The notes beneath the pieces were generated by a model. It searched no databases. It was not told the origin of the DNA and was given only the letters and a program-made list of their open reading frames with translations. From positions 61,876,001 through 61,940,000 of the forward strand of contig OX597821.1 in the NCBI GenBank assembly GCA_951406725.2: a stretch of 64,000 bases of DNA, written 5' to 3'. A program made the position numbers and the translations under genes. The DNA comes from Octopus vulgaris (Eukaryota). Numbering within the stretch: the stretch's first letter is position 1; each line of letters opens with the position of its first letter. Positions 56,463 through 64,000 of the stretch are shown in pieces.

Positions 56463-58614
56463 AATACAAAAGACGAAACAGGTATCTAAATGAATGATCA
56501 ACGCTACATTGGAAGATAAATGTTTTCATGCCGTGTGAATCAATCTAATGTGTTACTTTACCTATCAAATCAGTTGATTGGAGTTGCTCTCGTTATGAGT
56601 AAGATTATTGGAAGAACGTTTGTGAACGTTCATATATGAACTATAAATATAAGTACATACGCATGCGCACATGCATATCAATACAAAATATGTGAGTATT
56701 AAACATTTGTATGTATGTGGTATTTTGTTATGCAATCACAATATACTGTAAGATATACTAAATGTTTGCATAAGTCAGTGTCACGTTCTCTTGAGTCTAT
56801 TGATTGCTCTTACATTAATAATGATTCTGCAGATATTCCATAGAACATATAGCCAGCACTGACTTTTGCTACAATGTTTCGTACTGAGACGTGAGAGGTA
56901 AACAGACACTGTGATCGAAGAGAAGAGTTGGTAATGCATGTATATACCATATTCCAGGGTTTGCTGCCCCTTCTTCAGCACTCATCTATCTCACTATTGC
57001 CCAGCAACACGTTGCTTATCTAGCCACTGCTTACAGCGGTGTTAAGTTATTGGATATACATACGAATAAGTCTTTAGTTTACATACCAGCCCCAGGAATG
57101 TGTCTTATATGTAAATTGGTATATATCCATACAGAATCACAAATACACACACACACACACGCACACACACATACACATACGCGCGTACGCACACAGACGC
57201 ATACACTCACACACACACTCACACACACTCTCACACACGCACACACACACACACACATGTAGTGTTCAAATTCAGTTTCCGATATTCCAAGTTATATAAT
57301 AATTTTGCATGGAGCGCTGGTGTAAGGATGATCTAAACACCACATTCCCTTCCACAGCATTTTGTTATCGCCAGATCAAATCACAACAAGCGATATTCAT
57401 TCAAGACACCATCCCCAACTTTGCTGACTATTTCCCTCTTAATAGAAATGTTCTACTTGTCAATATTCCTCCACACCTTTGGCGTTTTCTTCCGTTTCTT
57501 TTTGTGATAACACATTATGTTTGATAAGGTTTGCAGTGAGCAATGTTCAAAACACTTTCGCCATTTGTCTTTCTTCAAAGCATAGACAGCAGCCTCATTA
57601 ATTCTAAACTTGCTTCTCTTTATATCATCACCAACTTATGCAAGTTCACATTGCATGATGTTCTTTCAATACGATAAATTTCATTTGCTTGTCTTCCGTC
57701 ATTTGCTCGAGTCGGTTGTATATTAGGTTTTCTCACGGCATGTCAGGTCAATTTGGTGATATTTTGTTGAACATTTAATTACTTTTAAAAGTAAAGCTGA
57801 TTATTTGTTATCTAATCCTGTGTTGAGTCCGCCATCAGAATTGAAGCTGTTTTGACCTACTGCACTTTATAATACAACGAGATTCCTGAATGTTGTAATG
57901 TGTCAACAAAGTAACATGTCTAGACGTTCTTATAATAGCCTGTAACGAGAATGTGGTTATAGTACCAAGCTGACATTCCTTTGCAATAAATACGAAATGT
58001 CAATGTTTCGATCGAATTTTCACTTCAAAATCTGCTAATGTAGCGTGAACGTGTTACAAACTACACAGAATCATCTTCTGTAGCTACTCTCCATGGTGTT
58101 TTTTCGCTAGAAATAATGCTATTTTGAAATTCTATGATCCACAAGGAATTAACGCCGTATTAGATTATAATTATAAGCATCAACGCTAAAATTGGCTAAT
58201 AAATGTAGATGTTTGCACAATGAATCCGAAAAACATAGCGAATCTAAAAAATTAGCCATGGCAACCAAATAGCAGACACTCTCTCGAATCGTCTCCCACA
58301 CGGTACTCATTAACATCATAAATCACATTCGGTGAAAAAAAAAAAACATGCCAGTTTTGCAAATTCGTAAATTTGTGTAGACTCCTATTAATATCCTGTC
58401 TGATGATAATTTAATATTACTATTATTATGTTGAACATTGGTATTTCGCTAACTATTTTGTTAAAAGTGTATAATGATTTATGATAAAAGTAGCAATAAG
58501 ATAAATCCCTAAACACAAAACTCATATTTAACCTCTATGATCGCGAGATAGCACAATAGTTGCCCACATGATTTTAGGCGAGATAATAAACCGTTAAACA
58601 GTTAAATCATAATA

Positions 58615-58800
58615 ATGATTTCAAATTTTGGGGATAAGTCGACTACATCGACCTCAGTGGTCAAAATGTACCTATTTTATCGACCCCGTAAATTGGAAGG
58701 CAAAGTCAACGTCGGTGTAATTTGATCTCAGAGGGTAAGTGAGAATGAAATGCCGCTAAGCATTTTTCCCGGTGACTAACGATGCTGTTCAGCTCGCCGG
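58615..58800 (-). mobile_element. SINE family B
   Basis: TAAGTCGACTACATCGACCTCAGT..TATTTTATCGACCCCG..AAGGCAAAGTC..GAAATGCCGCTAAGCATTT..CAGCTCGCC. Confidence 0.85.
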
Positions 58801-61256
58801 TTTGTTAAATGTCAGTAATAGAAATCTAAGAATATATCAACCGACTTTGATTAGAGCTCAAGTGGAATGATTCGTAATCTAGATATGTGTTTTGTAAACA
58901 TTTTGCGTAAAAATGAAATGTGTTGTCTAGAAAATAAATGTCTTATTAATTTCTAACACTATGCCTGAGGAATATATTTTTAATATCTGTCAAACAACCA
59001 AGTAAATAAACAAAGCGAAATCGAAAGATGCACCAGAAATGAAAGCAAATTTTACGTAGACAATTGCATGTTACATAAAAGGAATGGCCAGCGTTGAAAC
59101 GTTCTGAACAATATTAGTAGCATTTAAAACACTTCCTATTAAGAACGGCTTCTAAACCCCATTAAATAAAAGAATAGTAATTTTAAGTATCATTGAAAAT
59201 CCAGCAAAAAACATATTTCTTTGCGAAACATTAAACGAAATATTAAAATCCACACGAACAGATGTGAAATAAACCTTCATTGTAATGAATACTAGAAACG
59301 TCAGAAGAACATTTTCGCCTTCAAGAATTTCAGAATGAAACTAAAATGTCAAATATTCAACTAAGAGAATCTAGTGCTTGGGGGTAGGATTGCGGTCACT
59401 ATCATCTTCCAATGAGCGCTCTAATATCGAAAACGTTTTCTATTCTTTTTTATTCTGAGAAAATGTATAAATGTTCTAGCACCAAACTAATTTTAACCAG
59501 AATATTGCCACACAAATCCGTCACTCCTCCAATAATAAAAACAACCCCATCCGATTTGCAGCAGTCAAAATCAGAAATGCAAAACAGCAAAATAAAAGCA
59601 TGAATATTTCACAATATAATATTTCGAGCGGTCTCTTCTATACGCAACAACTAAAGTTAAAAATAAAATAAAACATATTAATTCAGCACAAAGCGCTGTT
59701 CTCTAAAATATCATTCTACTTTTCACCTGCACTTACTTGTTATTCTCCACTAAAGAGCATGTTTCAGTAGCATCAAAGCAGCATTTTCCTAAAATTCACA
59801 TGCGTAGATATAACTTCTGTTTTAATTTCTATTCTTCATTTATCACAGAGAAATGAGGCTAGCAACAATAGAATAAACATAAGCCTTTGCCTAAATCTGA
59901 AATCCCTTTGTTGCCATCGATGCAAATAAATCATTGGAAACAATGGACCTCCATGAACAACAACGAGAACAAAAGTACTAGAAATTAACTACATGCAAGA
60001 GAAAGGCAAATCTAATAACTGCAGCAAAATAACGGCCAAACATTCGAAGTTTACTCACTGGCTGCATATGTAACTAACACATCTAACACTAATGTAAAAA
60101 CAATATATTGATTATAACATGGTAGTCTGGCACATTAGCGAAAAGGTTATTGCATACATGCCAAACAATGTATTTCGCAACATATACACACTGAACTCAT
60201 ACAAATCACAAAATTTGGAACAGTTTGAAGTTGTTGTAATTTACAACTTTAAACTTCCTGACATATAATGTTCAATCGCCACGAAACATACGTGAATTCA
60301 TAACACATTAATCGTATACTCCAACTAGACTAAAAACAATATTGTTCGCATTTAATTCGAGCATCTGGAAAAGTTACATAGGCATGGCAATAGTTGTTGT
60401 ATGATTTTATTCCTCTATCGTCACCGTCCCGGAATATGTTAGGAAAATGGCCTCGTTACATTTTACTTTTTGGAAATTTCGGCCTAATTTCTGACCCCAT
60501 TCTATAAAATCCGCTATGTCCGAAAATGTTGTGCCAGGTGCGACTGTGTAAAACATGATATATATATATATATATATATACCGTGTTAATATTGGGAATT
60601 GAAACTGGACGGTCGAATGATATCCTGAAATGCTCCATAAGGTCGACTGGGAAACTGAGAAAGGAACATTTTAAAAATAACTAAAAGAAAATTACGTACA
60701 TATTCTTTATTTGATTTCATTCTTTGAACTCCATTATTCAATGCATTTGTTGTGTATAGAAAAATAAACGCTTTTTTTCTTTTACAATTCTTTACATTAA
60801 TCGTGATTATGAACCCGTAAGTTTAAATCTACAGATTGTATTCATACGTATTTCCCTTTTATCTTTGTAAAGCGTTCTTTGTATTTCAGCATGTTCCTCT
60901 TATAGACAATGTGGCGGGATTTCAACAGAAATTACCCTTTCATGTATATAACATAAAACAGCTTTCTGTACACTATTTCATATTAAGGGTTAACTTTTCT
61001 AACTCCTTTTATAATCTCTGACATTTTCGTCAAACAGTATGCACATATAATCTTATATAATATTCTGCTAAGGATTTAGACTTACTGTCTAGGACATTAA
61101 TCTGCAAAATTATTTCGATTAGAACACAATAATCAATATGCATCAATGTTTTTCCAAAGAGAATTAAGTTATGGATGTCTATAGATTATAAATTTTATAG
61201 GCATATATCTACTGTATATTATTACAAATCACCGCAAGGTGACATCACCTCCCGGA

Positions 61257-61620
61257 ATTAATACTGCCCCTGTAGCAAATATATGTGTATTAACAAGCTT
61301 AGTGGGTTATCGCGACTGTCACTCTATACATCACTGGTTAAGAGATGATTCGCTGCTGCCTCTAGCGATTGGGTGTTCATCTTTGACAAGTCCCCAAAAG
61401 GTCGAAAGCACGTGTTCTGGTGGTCTCGACACTGGAGGTAGCGAGGATTTCTCTACTCGCTAGTGATATAAACAAGGCTTCATTATGCACCGAAGAGCCA
61501 ATATGAGAATTTCTGTCATGGCAACTACAACATCACAATTTGTTCTGATAGAAATACCATGTTTAAATGGGGGTAATTACTACCAATTGTTATTAATACT
61601 GCCGATGTCGCTAATATATA
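61257..61620 (+). mobile_element. Non-coding 335-bp self-complementary unit with ~28-bp terminal redundancy and a degenerate HHR (retrozyme-like)
   Basis: ATTAATACTGCC..TGT.GC.AATATAT at 61257 and 61592 (period 335). HHR-like 61376-61423: TTCATCT | TTGACAA | GTCC-CCAAAA-GGTC | GAAA | GCACGTGT | TC | TGGTGG. Long flanking stems. Confidence 0.6.
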
Positions 61621-61933
61621 TATATATATTGATTTGAAAGAGTGATCAGAAAAAAACAACGAATTTATTATAAGAAGGATATATTTTAAGAAATATTTCC
61701 ACACCTTTCCTATGAGAATATAATGAAAACGTTAGTATAATTGTATTAGTAAAGAATTTTACAATATATTTATTAAACTCATTTAACTAATAAGGTCTTC
61801 GTTTTTAGATTCCATGTCCGAAATAACATTACTTGATATTACTTTCAGATTTGACACCACTTTTCTTGGAACGTTAAGCACATTCGACCGATATTGACCT
61901 TATGTTATAATACAGGAAACCTGCATAAAAGTT

Positions 61934-61971
<38 letters not shown>

Positions 61972-62019
61972 GTATATACATAAATTGAATTTTCACTAGA
62001 ATCCTGGTGTTATTGTTTA

Positions 62020-62050
<31 letters not shown>

Positions 62051-62051
62051 G

Positions 62052-62142
<91 letters not shown>

Positions 62143-62846
62143 TCAGATGTGTAAATATTTGTGTATGTACAAATATAACTTCACAAAAACGAACAGAACT
62201 GGAGTTCAATATTTACAGCAGTTTCTCCGGCAGTTTTTATTTGAAGCATTCATAGATTCTGTCAAGGCAAAAAGCCGTTATCATCAGGTACTTATGCTTC
62301 AAGCTGAATTTTAATTAGCTTATAGAACCGGTTGATGAATTGCAAAAATGCATGGTCTTATAAATTATAATAAATAAAAAAATAAAGAGAAAAGAAAAAA
62401 AATACTGAAGAAAGTATTAAAGTTGAGACACCAAACAAAGCGTTTGGTTGATAAAACCTGTCACTGCATATCAGATATTAGAGCACACACGTAGATTTAA
62501 TATTATATATGTGCATTCATAAAACATACACATACCTATATACATACACAAATATGAACACTTTTATACATACCACATATATGTATACATATATATAGAA
62601 AAATATACGCATACACATACATACTCTCATAAACACGTACATATACTCACAAATGTATATTTGCACTCACACTCACACACATTTATTCATATGTATGTTT
62701 CTAAACTTTAGTTCTATTTGTAAACAATCAGACGTGTCCGTGTTCAGGATATACATCTATGCTCATGTTTAACTTATCTGTGCATATATACAGGCAAGCA
62801 CATATTAACACAGATTCGTGTGTACACACATACACGCGTACGTATT

Positions 62847-62913
<67 letters not shown>

Positions 62914-63208
62914 GTGTGCGTGTGTGTGTGTGTGTGGCGGGGTGCGAGCATGCATGTGGATAAAAATAAATGTACGCACATATACCCATATATACATGTG
63001 CATATACCCATACAAACACAACTCCAGATATTTTCACGCAAATTCATATGTAAGTAAGAACACATGCATTCACGGTAAATTATATCTGCACGACTTAATC
63101 ATTATAGTATTACTATAATTTAAAAAAAAAATGAAATAACAGAACCAAATGTAGCCACCAGCGACATCAGAATAAACAAGATAAATAATAATAATAATAA
63201 TAATAATG

Positions 63209-63284
<76 letters not shown>

Positions 63285-63324
63285 TAATAATAATAATAAT
63301 AATTATTATTATTAGTATTATTAT

Positions 63325-63881
63325 CATGCCCTGATGCAGTACCAGGCAGTGGCTCTCATGGCTTCTGATCTTAACTGATTGAAAGTGTTATCATGTACAT
63401 TGTTTTGTCTTGGTATAAAAGATGGGCTACAGCAAATATTCTGCTCAATACCACAGATTTGCTTGTCAGTTGTTTGACCTTAACCAGTTGAGCATGTCCC
63501 TTAGTGGCTGACGATATGTGCATCTCTGATCACGAGCAGAAGTAGTGGGGGAGCATCATAGCCATGTGTTGAGAGGGATTCTTTGGGGTTTGAATAGTTC
63601 ACCTCTGGAAACATGGGTGGTTCTTTCAACATCCTTAAACAACCCTTATTCAGGGACCGTTTGAGCAGGATGGGCTACTCAACCTGAAGAAAATTCTAAC
63701 TGGGCCCCACCTGCAAGGTCATGTGCTGTTTATCTTGTTATGAGATCACCATGTCGCGCACATATGGTTGTGATGCATGTGCCTGGTGTGCCCTTATCAG
63801 ACGGGTAGTCATGATGGGTATATTGGGCTTCGTATATTTTACCCCAGTGTCACTTTGATGGCATGAACTGCTCTCTCACTC
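63325..63881 (+). mobile_element. GC-richer non-coding insert flanked by (TAA)n on both sides (probable 3' portion of a microsatellite-targeting non-LTR element)
   Basis: Sharp composition change, with (TAA)n at 63184-63302 and 63882-63963. The 3' junction CTCTCTCACTC|AATAAT has the same phase as the ACTACTG|AATAAT junctions at 39582 and 40052. Confidence 0.65.
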
Positions 63882-63965
<84 letters not shown>

Positions 63966-64000
63966 TAGCAGATCACAGATAATAGATTTTACAAAATAGA

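Overview
AT-rich, microsatellite-dense eukaryotic DNA, intergenic or intronic. The SINE and LINE families resemble those of Octopus/coleoid cephalopods (inference from recalled repeat families, not a database search). I found no convincing host protein-coding gene. Most ORFs in the track are translations of (TA)n, (CA)n, (TAA)n or (TATC)n repeats. The real coding remnants are all decayed mobile elements: three Penelope-like (PLE) fragments, two Tc1/mariner transposases, two RTE LINEs and R4/Dong-like elements in (TAA)n tracts. There are also many tRNA-derived SINEs, Helitron ends and a Merlin-like MITE with an 8-bp TSD. The most notable signal is RNA structure. About 11 type I hammerhead ribozyme (HHR) motifs, from intact to degenerate and from several unrelated families, lie in 64 kb. 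Wherever helix III is recognisable it is a short, near-palindromic sequence. Two motifs sit inside non-coding, terminally redundant units of 438 nt and 335 nt that look like retrozymes (circular-RNA elements). A separate repeat, present in two diverged copies, shows compensatory base changes in a pseudoknot-like fold that I cannot assign to a known family. All pairings were read by eye and no folding software or searches were run.
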